Part shown: positions 1 through 7,769 of the stretch, piece by piece
Numbering within the stretch: the stretch's first letter is position 1
Layout: each line of letters starts with the position of its first letter
Virus record (IMG/VR): IMGVR_UViG_3300045988_093404
Span: 1 to 38,131 of that record
DNA from: a virus
Strand: one strand, 5' to 3'
DNA: 38,131 bases
Made by a program: the position numbers and the translations under genes
The notes under the pieces: model-generated
What the model was told of the DNA's origin: nothing
Database searches by the model: none
Seen by the model: only the letters and a program-made list of their open reading frames with translations

Positions 1-119
1 GGACATCAACAGAATCGCAATGGAAATCACCGGCGAGGCTCGCGGACTGAATGAAAAGTTCGCGGCGGGAGCTGAAATCATCGGCTCCAAGGCAGATATC
101 GAGATGATGGCAACCATCC
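1..119. repeat. Left copy of the 119-nt terminal overlap
   Basis: Read directly: identical to 38013-38131. Confidence 0.95.
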
Positions 120-274
120 GGACGCTCCGTATGCTCGGTATCAAGTGTGAGCTGGAGTGCGATGTGTTCGCCGCTGTAACTGGCGGGGACGCATATTACA
201 CCCGACTCACCGTGAACGGACAGACCGCAGACATTCAGGATTTTGCGGACTGCGCAGAAAAGTTCAGATTTTAA
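1..274 (+). CDS. Small hypothetical protein, 3' part. The ORF starts at ATG 37996 and crosses the window junction (96 aa once the overlap is collapsed).
   Basis: Frame is open from the window edge to TAA 272-274 and is the same frame as the 37996 ATG. The in-window ATG at 20 is internal. Confidence 0.6.
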   Translation, partial: DINRIAMEITGEARGLNEKFAAGAEIIGSKADIEMMATIRTLRMLGIKCELECDVFAAVTGGDAYYTRLTVNGQTADIQDFADCAEKFRF

Positions 275-287
275 GGAGGTGGCGAAA

Positions 288-566
288 ATGGAAACCATCA
301 TCTACGCCAATTACGGAGTGCTCGCCCATGAGAAGCGGACGGTGTACACTACCGCTCCCGCCTCTGATGTTTACGAACGGCTGAAAGTTGAGATCCCCGC
401 CGAGTTGAATCCGTTCCGAAATCCAACCGACGAGATCGTTGTGGAGATCAACGGTGATCGGTACCTCTTTTCGCAGGTGCTCTGCGGAGACGAGTTCCCG
501 CATATCGCTGTGCCGGGAGTCAAGTCCCGGTACATCATGCTCCGCGTACTGGATTATAATGCCTAA
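288..566 (+). CDS. Hypothetical protein (92 aa)
   Basis: ATG 288 preceded by AAGGAGG (273-279). ORF-track 243..566 trimmed to this start. No recognisable domain. Confidence 0.65.
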   Translation: METIIYANYGVLAHEKRTVYTTAPASDVYERLKVEIPAELNPFRNPTDEIVVEINGDRYLFSQVLCGDEFPHIAVPGVKSRYIMLRVLDYNA

Positions 567-588
567 GAGGGACTGAGATCCCAGCAAG

Positions 589-615
589 CCCGCCCCGGAG
601 GTAACGAGGGCAGAA
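589..615 (+). repeat. 27-nt intergenic motif CCCGCCCCGGAGGTAACGAGGGCAGAA, copy 1
   Basis: 26/27 identical to 37959-37985. Both copies lie between a stop codon and the start of a small gene. Confidence 0.9.
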
Positions 616-631
616 CTGTGATGGAGAAAAT

Positions 632-799
632 ATGATCGCAGAAATCCGAAAGCGCACAGGGCTTAGTCAATCGGCATTTGCGGAGCGCTATCACATCCCG
701 CTTGCAACGCTGCGGAACTGGGAGCAGGATAGGCGAGAACCGCCCGATTATCTGATTTATATGCTCGACAGGCTTACGAGGATAGACTTCCCAGAATAA
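632..799 (+). CDS. Small XRE-type helix-turn-helix regulator (55 aa)
   Basis: Below the ORF-track size cutoff. Translates to MIAEIRKRTGLSQSAFAERYHIPLATLRNWEQDRREPPDYLIYMLDRLTRIDFPE. Classic HTH with the NWEQ-R-P signature of HigA/MqsA-like regulators. A terminator follows. Confidence 0.75.
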   Translation: MIAEIRKRTGLSQSAFAERYHIPLATLRNWEQDRREPPDYLIYMLDRLTRIDFPE

Positions 800-850
800 A
801 GTTTGCACCCCAGAGCCTTAAAAAAGATATATAATGCCAACATGAGAAAA

Positions 851-876
851 GCAGAGGTAAACGCCTCTGCTTTTTT
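851..876 (+). terminator. Rho-independent terminator
   Basis: GCAGAGG (851-857) / CCTCTGC (864-870), 6-nt loop, then TTTTTT 871-876. Confidence 0.8.
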
Positions 877-915
877 CTTTGTGGTGTTTCGCTCATAGTG
901 ATTCCTCTTTTTTAT

Positions 916-991
916 GGTGCTGTAGCTCAACAGGCAGAGCGACCGCCTTGTAAGCGGTAGGTTGCGGGTTCGATTCCTGCCAGTTCCTCCA
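916..991 (+). tRNA. tRNA-Thr (anticodon UGU) with encoded CCA
   Basis: 76-nt cloverleaf folded by hand: acceptor GGTGCTG/CAGTTCC (one U-U mismatch, one G-U pair), D arm GCTC/GAGC, anticodon arm ACCGC-CTTGTAA-GCGGT, T arm GCGGG-TTCGATT-CCTGC, discriminator T, CCA. Confidence 0.8.
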
Positions 992-1201
992 ATGATCCGC
1001 TTTGGCGGCGGGATATAAAATGCATCGGTTTATAGTGGGTCAACTGGCGTTGAGGGGTGGGACAACGCCAACAATACGGAGGCTGCGATGATTCAGAGAG
1101 TCAAAAACAACATAAAAATAACCTGTGAATGCGTTGATTTCAGCATCGGCAGAGATGATTGACCGCATGGAAGAAATCCTTGTGACTTTTTGAGGTGAGC
1201 T

Positions 1202-2260
1202 ATGGCTATTGACATTTCCGTCAAGCGCAAATGCGTGGAGCTTGCCCGCAGCGGCAAGACCACACGCGAAGTATACACCGAATACTTTCTCCCGATCCAT
1301 GACGCGATGTCTTTCCCGACATTCAAGCGAAAACTCATGGAGTGGAAAAAGAAAAAGTTCGCCGATGAGACTACACTTGAGAGCGGCACCTTCGCTGGGT
1401 TCATCGCCCACGGCGCGACTGTGCAAGTGGATGGAGCGGGGAAAGTTACACAGGCGTGGATAAAGCAGACTGCCGCAGAAGCCGACCTCTCCGAGCTGAT
1501 TGAAGCAATCCACGAGGGCATTCTCCCGCTGGAAATCCCGGTGGGAGAACCCGCCGAGCAGCCGATGATGCTTGAAGTGCCGCTGTTTGATATGCATTTT
1601 CCCCTTTCAGACCACGCCGAAACGCTGACGGAGCTGGTGCAAGTCATTCGGGAGCGGCGTTGGAGCTGTATCAATCTCATCATAGGGCAGGATATGCTCC
1701 ACAATGATGACTTCATGGGCAGGACTTCCAGCGGCAGACCGATTGAAAAGGTAGACATGGTTCACGCATGGCGGCTCGCAATGGGCTTTTGGCAGACAGT
1801 CATTATTGAGAGTCTAAAAAACTCCGATTCCGTGCGAGTGATTTACAGCAAAGGCAACCATGACATTTCCATGAGCTGGGCTTTTGTGCAAGCTCTCAAG
1901 GAGAGATTCCCACAGGTGGAAGTTGATGACAGCTTGAAGCCCCGGAAATGCATCTGCTGGGAGAAATGCTTTATCGGCATAACCCACGGCAACGGCACTA
2001 AATCTCAGAACGCCGATATGCGCGGGCAGTTTACGATTGAATACCCTGTACAATTCGCAGAAAGCACGGTGAGAGAGATTCACGCGGGGCATTTGCACCA
2101 TGAGAGCGAGGCAGACATCTACGGTGTGATGATCCGCAGACTGTGCCGAAACGGAGCAACGGACGAGTGGAGCGAGGGCGAGGGATTTGTGGGAGCGCAC
2201 AAGCGGTTCATGCTGTTTGAGTGGGTACCCGGCAGACTGAGCGCTATTCGTTACATATGA
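1202..2260 (+). CDS. Calcineurin-like metallophosphoesterase with an N-terminal HTH-like segment
   Basis: Ordered motifs DMH, GQD..HND, GNHD, THG and GHLHH. RBS GAGGTGA upstream of ATG 1202. Confidence 0.75.
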   Translation: MAIDISVKRKCVELARSGKTTREVYTEYFLPIHDAMSFPTFKRKLMEWKKKKFADETTLESGTFAGFIAHGATVQVDGAGKVTQAWIKQTAAEADLSELIEAIHEGILPLEIPVGEPAEQPMMLEVPLFDMHFPLSDHAETLTELVQVIRERRWSCINLIIGQDMLHNDDFMGRTSSGRPIEKVDMVHAWRLAMGFWQTVIIESLKNSDSVRVIYSKGNHDISMSWAFVQALKERFPQVEVDDSLKPRKCICWEKCFIGITHGNGTKSQNADMRGQFTIEYPVQFAESTVREIHAGHLHHESEADIYGVMIRRLCRNGATDEWSEGEGFVGAHKRFMLFEWVPGRLSAIRYI

Positions 2261-3318
2261 GGTTTGGAATGGTCTATAAAGATCTTGCAATAATTTATAA
2301 AGACATAGACGAGTTGAAGCCGTTTCCGCGCAATCCGAAAGAACACCCGGATACGCAGATAAGAAACATAGCTAAAAGTATTGAAAAGTACGGGTGGAGA
2401 AGTCCTCTGCTGGTCAATTTCGATACTGGGGATATTATTGCAGGTCACGGTCGAGTGCTGGCAGCCAACCGGCTGGGCATTGACCGAGTTCCATGTATTG
2501 ACGGCTCCGACATGACCGAGGAGCAGATAAACGAATATCGCTACCTTGACAACAAACTAAATGAATCCGATTGGGATATGGGCATTCTGTCCGAGGACTG
2601 GCCGGATTTGGACTTCTCCGATTTTGACCTTGAATGGAATATCGAAGAGGACGAGGAAGAAGAGGACGAGGAATACTACGGCGCGGCACGGGAACGGACG
2701 GCGAACGCATATAACTTGCATGAGTATGACGCGGACGAGACGGAAGGCGCTTTTGAAATGCCGAGAATCAAACCGTGCTTAATAAAGCCGTGTGACCTGA
2801 TTGGGTTTAACTATGCGCTTTCCAGCAAGCGGAATAACTGCGGTATTCACTTTTACATTGACGATTACCAGTTTGAAAGAGTATGGAATCAGCCCGGTGC
2901 ATATATTGACAAGCTCAAAGAGTATGAGTGCGTTCTAACGCCGGACTTTTCACTATATACAGACATGCCGATAGCCATGCAGATCTGGAATGTATACAGA
3001 TCAAGGCTTATTGGCCAGCTCTTCCAGAGAGCGGGAATGCAGGTCATTCCGACAGTATCGTGGTGCAGAGAAGCATCTTTTGCGTTCTGCTTTGATGGTC
3101 TGCCAAGAAACGCTACATTGTCCATATCCACAATCGGCGTGAAGCGCGACAAGGAAGCTTTCGCGATCTGGACGGCTGGAATGGACGAGATGATAAAGAG
3201 ATTACACCCGAAAACGCTGCTGATTTACGGCGGCGAGGTCGAGTATGAGTACGGCAACATTGAAACGGTTTATTACAAGAACCATGTAACCGAGGAGTGG
3301 AAAGGAGAATCGGAATGA
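2257..3318 (+). CDS. ParB-like nuclease N-terminal domain fused to a DUF4417-like C-terminal domain
   Basis: N-terminus KPFPRNPKEH...IIAGHGRVLAA (ParB boxes). C-terminus IHFYIDDYQFERVWNQP...PDFSLY...VIPTVSW resembles DUF4417. ATG 2257 overlaps the upstream stop (ATGA). Confidence 0.7.
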   Translation: MRFGMVYKDLAIIYKDIDELKPFPRNPKEHPDTQIRNIAKSIEKYGWRSPLLVNFDTGDIIAGHGRVLAANRLGIDRVPCIDGSDMTEEQINEYRYLDNKLNESDWDMGILSEDWPDLDFSDFDLEWNIEEDEEEEDEEYYGAARERTANAYNLHEYDADETEGAFEMPRIKPCLIKPCDLIGFNYALSSKRNNCGIHFYIDDYQFERVWNQPGAYIDKLKEYECVLTPDFSLYTDMPIAMQIWNVYRSRLIGQLFQRAGMQVIPTVSWCREASFAFCFDGLPRNATLSISTIGVKRDKEAFAIWTAGMDEMIKRLHPKTLLIYGGEVEYEYGNIETVYYKNHVTEEWKGESE

Positions 3319-4085
3319 GAATTGAACATTTCCGATTTTGCTTGAATCAGGTTGAAGCGTTTTATCTGACAAAAGAAATTATGTGCTTCCGCAAGCCTCT
3401 TGAACTGTGGGATGAAAAGACCGGGGAATCTGTTAGGTTCAAAAGCGTTGATCAGATGCTTTCTCATGTCATCGGAGGCAGAACAGTAAAAGATATTATC
3501 CTTGGCATGGAGTCTATTACTCTTCCTTCTCCGAACGGTGGTAGAGGAGCAGGGAGCGGCGGGGATAACAAAACATTCAAGTTTGGCCATGCACAAGATA
3601 GAGGAAAAGGAAGCAACGGGAAACGGCTTCTACCTGCGGCTGCGAATGTCCGAATAAAGGTAAAGAGCCTTGAATCAGCAATGGAAGAGTTCCAGAAGAA
3701 ATTCAAGGATTCTGACCATGAGTGGGCGTATGAGGTCGATTCTCAGGGCTTTGTACACCAGTATGTCGAGGGCGGCAGTTCGAGCGTATCTATTGGCAGC
3801 AGCACAAGGGATACGATGATTCTGCATAATCACCCGAGCGGCGGCGCTTTTTCTGATTCAGATCTTCTCAGTACATCTATGGACAGACGCGCAAAGGGCA
3901 TTGTGGCCAGCGGAAGAAACTACGATTATGTCTTTCAGAAGGGAACGCACTTTAAGGCAAGCGAGTTTATCAAGGCTGTAAAAACAGCAAGGATGACAGG
4001 CAAGGACTACGATACAGCCGTTGATGCGTGGCTGACAAGAAATCAGCGGAAGTACGGATACAAGTATTACAGAAAGAAGAACTGA
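3315..4085 (+). CDS. JAB/MPN (RadC-like) metalloprotease-motif protein with Gly-rich linker
   Basis: MILHNHPSGGAFSDSDL approximates the JAMM motif H-x-H-P-x6/7-S-x2-D, with an upstream Glu in AYEVD. ATGA overlap with the upstream gene. Confidence 0.5.
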   Translation: MRIEHFRFCLNQVEAFYLTKEIMCFRKPLELWDEKTGESVRFKSVDQMLSHVIGGRTVKDIILGMESITLPSPNGGRGAGSGGDNKTFKFGHAQDRGKGSNGKRLLPAAANVRIKVKSLESAMEEFQKKFKDSDHEWAYEVDSQGFVHQYVEGGSSSVSIGSSTRDTMILHNHPSGGAFSDSDLLSTSMDRRAKGIVASGRNYDYVFQKGTHFKASEFIKAVKTARMTGKDYDTAVDAWLTRNQRKYGYKYYRKKN

Positions 4086-4087
4086 GC

Positions 4088-4534
4088 ATGGGCGGTATAG
4101 GAGCGAGCTTTGAGATAAGCAACTTAGAATGGGGATGTATAACAATGGGTGGACGAGGAGCAAGTTACAGAGGCGGATGGAGAAGCCCCATGAGTGGGTC
4201 ATTTGAATTGCCTGAACTCAGCGGAAGCGTAAAGCAGGTAAAGTGGGCTAGCGACATTAGACAAGGTGCAGTCGATGCGTTGGAAAGCATGAAAGCCTAC
4301 AACGAAAAAATGAGGATGCAGGGTCTGCCCCTGTACTATAATGAAAAATCGCTAGAAGCGCTGTTCGCAGAACTCAAGACAGCGACAAGCACAGTTACAG
4401 ATGCTAGTAAATGGATAGACAGGAGAAGCAGGTTTACCTTTACCGCATTGGAAATAAGACTGAAAAAAATCGAGCACTTTGGCGTGCAGAAGAAACTTGT
4501 GGATGAATGGCGAAATCTGAGGAAAAAGCGGTAA
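4088..4534 (+). CDS. Hypothetical protein in the small-terminase position (148 aa)
   Basis: Sits directly upstream of terL. Start is ambiguous (4088 or 4145). Has two MGG(I/R)GAS motifs. No recognisable DNA-binding fold. Confidence 0.5.
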   Translation: MGGIGASFEISNLEWGCITMGGRGASYRGGWRSPMSGSFELPELSGSVKQVKWASDIRQGAVDALESMKAYNEKMRMQGLPLYYNEKSLEALFAELKTATSTVTDASKWIDRRSRFTFTALEIRLKKIEHFGVQKKLVDEWRNLRKKR

Positions 4535-4554
4535 GCAAATAGGGCGGTGAATAT

Positions 4555-6153
4555 GTGGCAAACGAGCAAAATTTAACACCTATTTCTTCGCGTCAAAGCC
4601 ACGAAGAAGCCATGAGAAATGGCAGAAAAGGTGGAATTGCTTCTGGAGAGGCGAAACGCAGAAAAAAAAGCGTCTCAGAGCTTGCCGCTACACTCATTCA
4701 CGGCACGCTCTCCGGGAAAGACGCGGACGCGGTAAAGAAGAAGTTCCCGGAACTGAATACCGATGATGCGACCATGGCGGCAGCGCTCATGGCTGCACAA
4801 ATCAAGTCCGCGATGGACGGCAATTCCAGAGCGTTTGAGAATGTCATGAACCTTGCCAAAGAGGGCGAGGAAAGAGAAGCAAAAGCAGAGGCGGCGCGAA
4901 AAGCTGCGCTGTCCTCTACCTACCATATAGACCTTGACGATGTTCCCGATGTTTATCACCCGGCAATCAGAGATATCCGGGGGAATAAGCACCGGGAATA
5001 TGTATTTGACGGCGGTCGAGGATCCGCAAAGTCCTCCACGGTCGGAATGATAATCCCTGAGCTGCTGCGGAACAATCACGATATACACGCATTGGTCTGC
5101 CGAAAGGTCGGGAACACGCTAAAGGATTCCGTATACGCCAAAATTAAATGGGCGATACGCAAACAGGGGTTGCAGGACGATTTTACATTCCACAAGTCCC
5201 CTCTGGAAATCACCTATAACCCGACAGGGCAAAAGATATACTTCCGAGGAGCTGATGAACCCGAAAAGATAAAGTCAATCTCCCCGGAGTTCGGCTACAT
5301 CGGCGTACTGTGGTTTGAGGAGTTAGACCAGTACAACGGGGATGAAGAAATCCGAAACATTACGCAGTCCGCTATCCGAGGCGGTGAAAATGCGTGGGTT
5401 TTTAAGAGCTTTAACCCTCCGAAAACGGTAAATAGCTGGGCAAACAGATATGTACAGACCCCGAAGGATGGGCGCTTAGTCCTCCATACAACATATCACG
5501 ATGTGCCGGAGGAATGGCTTGGCACTCCGTTCTTGGAAGAAGCGGAACACCTGAAAGCGGTTAATCCGTCCGCGTATGAGCATGAGTATGAGGGCGTACC
5601 TAACGGAGCGGGCGGCGCGGTATTTGAGTATGTTGAAGCGCGGGAAATCACGGACGAGGAAATCAACCGCTTTGACAGAATATATCAAGGCGTTGACTTC
5701 GGATGGTACCCGGATCAGTTTGCTTTCCTTCGGACATACTACGATGCAGCGCATGAGACTATCTTTCTCATGGACGAGCTGTATGTAAACAAGCAGTCGA
5801 ATGAGCAGACAGGCAAATGGATACTGGACAAGGGCTATGATGATTACATGATCATCTGCGATAGCGCGGAGCCTAAGAGCGTAGCGGATTATCGGAATAT
5901 GGGTCTACCGGCAAAGGGCGCGGTAAAAGGCGCTGGGTCTGTGGAGTACGGCTTTAAGTGGCTTCAGCGGCGAAAGATAGTTATTGACCCGAAGCGCACA
6001 CCAAACGCCTATAAGGAGATAATCAGCTACGAATACGCCCGAGACAAAAACGATGAAGTGATAAGCGGATATCCTGACGGGAACGATCACGCTATCTCGG
6101 CTCTCCGATATGCATACGAGCCGGTATTCAACAGGCGGGGTAACAGTGCATGA
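4555..6153 (+). CDS. terL: Terminase large subunit (PBSX-like) with a ~120-aa N-terminal basic extension
   Basis: Walker A FDGGRGSAKSS, Walker B GVLWFEELD, 532 aa. GTG start at 4555 after AGGGCGGTG. The portal gene follows with an ATGA overlap. Confidence 0.9.
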   Translation: MANEQNLTPISSRQSHEEAMRNGRKGGIASGEAKRRKKSVSELAATLIHGTLSGKDADAVKKKFPELNTDDATMAAALMAAQIKSAMDGNSRAFENVMNLAKEGEEREAKAEAARKAALSSTYHIDLDDVPDVYHPAIRDIRGNKHREYVFDGGRGSAKSSTVGMIIPELLRNNHDIHALVCRKVGNTLKDSVYAKIKWAIRKQGLQDDFTFHKSPLEITYNPTGQKIYFRGADEPEKIKSISPEFGYIGVLWFEELDQYNGDEEIRNITQSAIRGGENAWVFKSFNPPKTVNSWANRYVQTPKDGRLVLHTTYHDVPEEWLGTPFLEEAEHLKAVNPSAYEHEYEGVPNGAGGAVFEYVEAREITDEEINRFDRIYQGVDFGWYPDQFAFLRTYYDAAHETIFLMDELYVNKQSNEQTGKWILDKGYDDYMIICDSAEPKSVADYRNMGLPAKGAVKGAGSVEYGFKWLQRRKIVIDPKRTPNAYKEIISYEYARDKNDEVISGYPDGNDHAISALRYAYEPVFNRRGNSA

Positions 6154-7547
6154 GCATTTTTTCAAGGTTTAAGGAGTGGCGAACAATGATAAAGAGAGGC
6201 CGCGTTAAAGACGAATTCGGAGTATATCCGAGGTCTACGGAGCGGGTGGACAGCTTCACGCAGCTATGCGGACAGATTTACGCGGGTGTGCCGCCTTGGG
6301 TGGACGCGGACGCTGGTATCAAGACCGTAAACTTTGCAAAGGCTATCTGTGCCGAGGTTGCCAGACTTTCCACGCTGGAAGCGGAAATTACCGTTGACGG
6401 CAGCGCAAGGGCAAAGTGGTTGCAGGAACAGATCGATGATGTAAAGGCAGACCTCCGGCACTGGGTAGAGGTTGCTGCTGCATACGGTATTGTGCTGCTT
6501 GTGCCAAATGGCGAAAGTGTGGACTTTTACACGCCAGACCGATTCATCATAACAGACTATCAGAACGGCAGAATTACCGGGGCTGTGCTCTGCAATCAGG
6601 AATACGATCCGAAGCGCGAGAAGTGGTACACCCGATATGAGTATCACCGCATGGAGAACGGGCGTTATGTCATAACAAACAAGTGCTATGAGGGCAAAGC
6701 CCAGCACGATGACGGAGACCCGATTGATATTGAAAAATCGCCTTGGGCTGGTCTTGATGATGAGGTCGAGGCCGAAGGCGTGGACAGAATGCTTTTCGGC
6801 GTTCTGCGGATGCCGGACGCAAACAACATAGACATCAATTCTCCTGTGGGTCTGCCTATCTTTGGCGAAGCAATCGAAGAGCTGAAAGATCTTGATATAG
6901 CATACAGCCGTAACGCTGAGGAAATCATGGACAGCGCACGGACGGTACTGCTTGACAGTGACAGGCTTTTACCCAGCGGCGGGAAAATCTCCCTTGGCAA
7001 TGCAGAACGGCTGCGGGAAAGCATGGGACTGCCGAAGTACATCCGCACGGTAGAGGGTGACGGCAACAGCGATATCTATCACGAAATCAACCCGTCCCTG
7101 AACACTGAGCAGCGGCAGCACGGCATTGATGCGCTCCTCTCTCAGATCGGATTCAAGTGCGGATTCTCCAACGGATATTTTGTATTCAATTCAAAGACTG
7201 GCATGGTCACGGCTACACAGGTGGAGAGCGATGACCGCCGGACGATCCAGCTTATCCGGGATGTCCGCGCAAGGCTACAGGTTGCCATTGACGGCCTGTT
7301 GTATGCGCTCGACAAGTACGCAGACGCATACGGCCTTGCCCCGCGAGGGACATACGATGTTGCATATGACTTTGAGGACATCACGCTCAATGTCGAAGAA
7401 GATCGGGCGAGATGGTGGGGCTATGTGATTTCTGGCGTTGTGCCTAAGTGGAAATTCTTTGTCATGTTTGAAGGCATGACCGAGGACGAAGCGAAGGAAA
7501 TGGTTGAAGAAGCACAGGCAGCAGAACCTTTTACCGAGGAAGAATAA
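6150..7547 (+). CDS. Portal protein (SPP1 gp6-like)
   Basis: 465 aa immediately after terL with start/stop overlap. Acidic C-terminus. Confidence 0.85.
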   Translation: MSIFSRFKEWRTMIKRGRVKDEFGVYPRSTERVDSFTQLCGQIYAGVPPWVDADAGIKTVNFAKAICAEVARLSTLEAEITVDGSARAKWLQEQIDDVKADLRHWVEVAAAYGIVLLVPNGESVDFYTPDRFIITDYQNGRITGAVLCNQEYDPKREKWYTRYEYHRMENGRYVITNKCYEGKAQHDDGDPIDIEKSPWAGLDDEVEAEGVDRMLFGVLRMPDANNIDINSPVGLPIFGEAIEELKDLDIAYSRNAEEIMDSARTVLLDSDRLLPSGGKISLGNAERLRESMGLPKYIRTVEGDGNSDIYHEINPSLNTEQRQHGIDALLSQIGFKCGFSNGYFVFNSKTGMVTATQVESDDRRTIQLIRDVRARLQVAIDGLLYALDKYADAYGLAPRGTYDVAYDFEDITLNVEEDRARWWGYVISGVVPKWKFFVMFEGMTEDEAKEMVEEAQAAEPFTEEE

Positions 7548-7562
7548 ATAGGAGGAATAGAT

Positions 7563-7769
7563 ATGCTCTATGTTTTTGAAATCGCCGAGGGCGATGCAAA
7601 GATTTCCGGCGCGGCTGTGGCAAAGTTTGAGACAGAAAACGAAGCTGTTGCGTCTTTTCACTCGCGCCTCTCTACGGCCATGAAGTCCGAACTGTATACA
7701 GGTGATATGTGCATGGTAATCACGGAAGAGGGCGCTGTGCTGCGGAGAGAAAAATTCACTCGTGCTTGA
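7563..7769 (+). CDS. Hypothetical protein (68 aa)
   Basis: RBS AGGAGGAA upstream. Located between the portal and head-morphogenesis genes. Confidence 0.6.
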   Translation: MLYVFEIAEGDAKISGAAVAKFETENEAVASFHSRLSTAMKSELYTGDMCMVITEEGAVLRREKFTRA

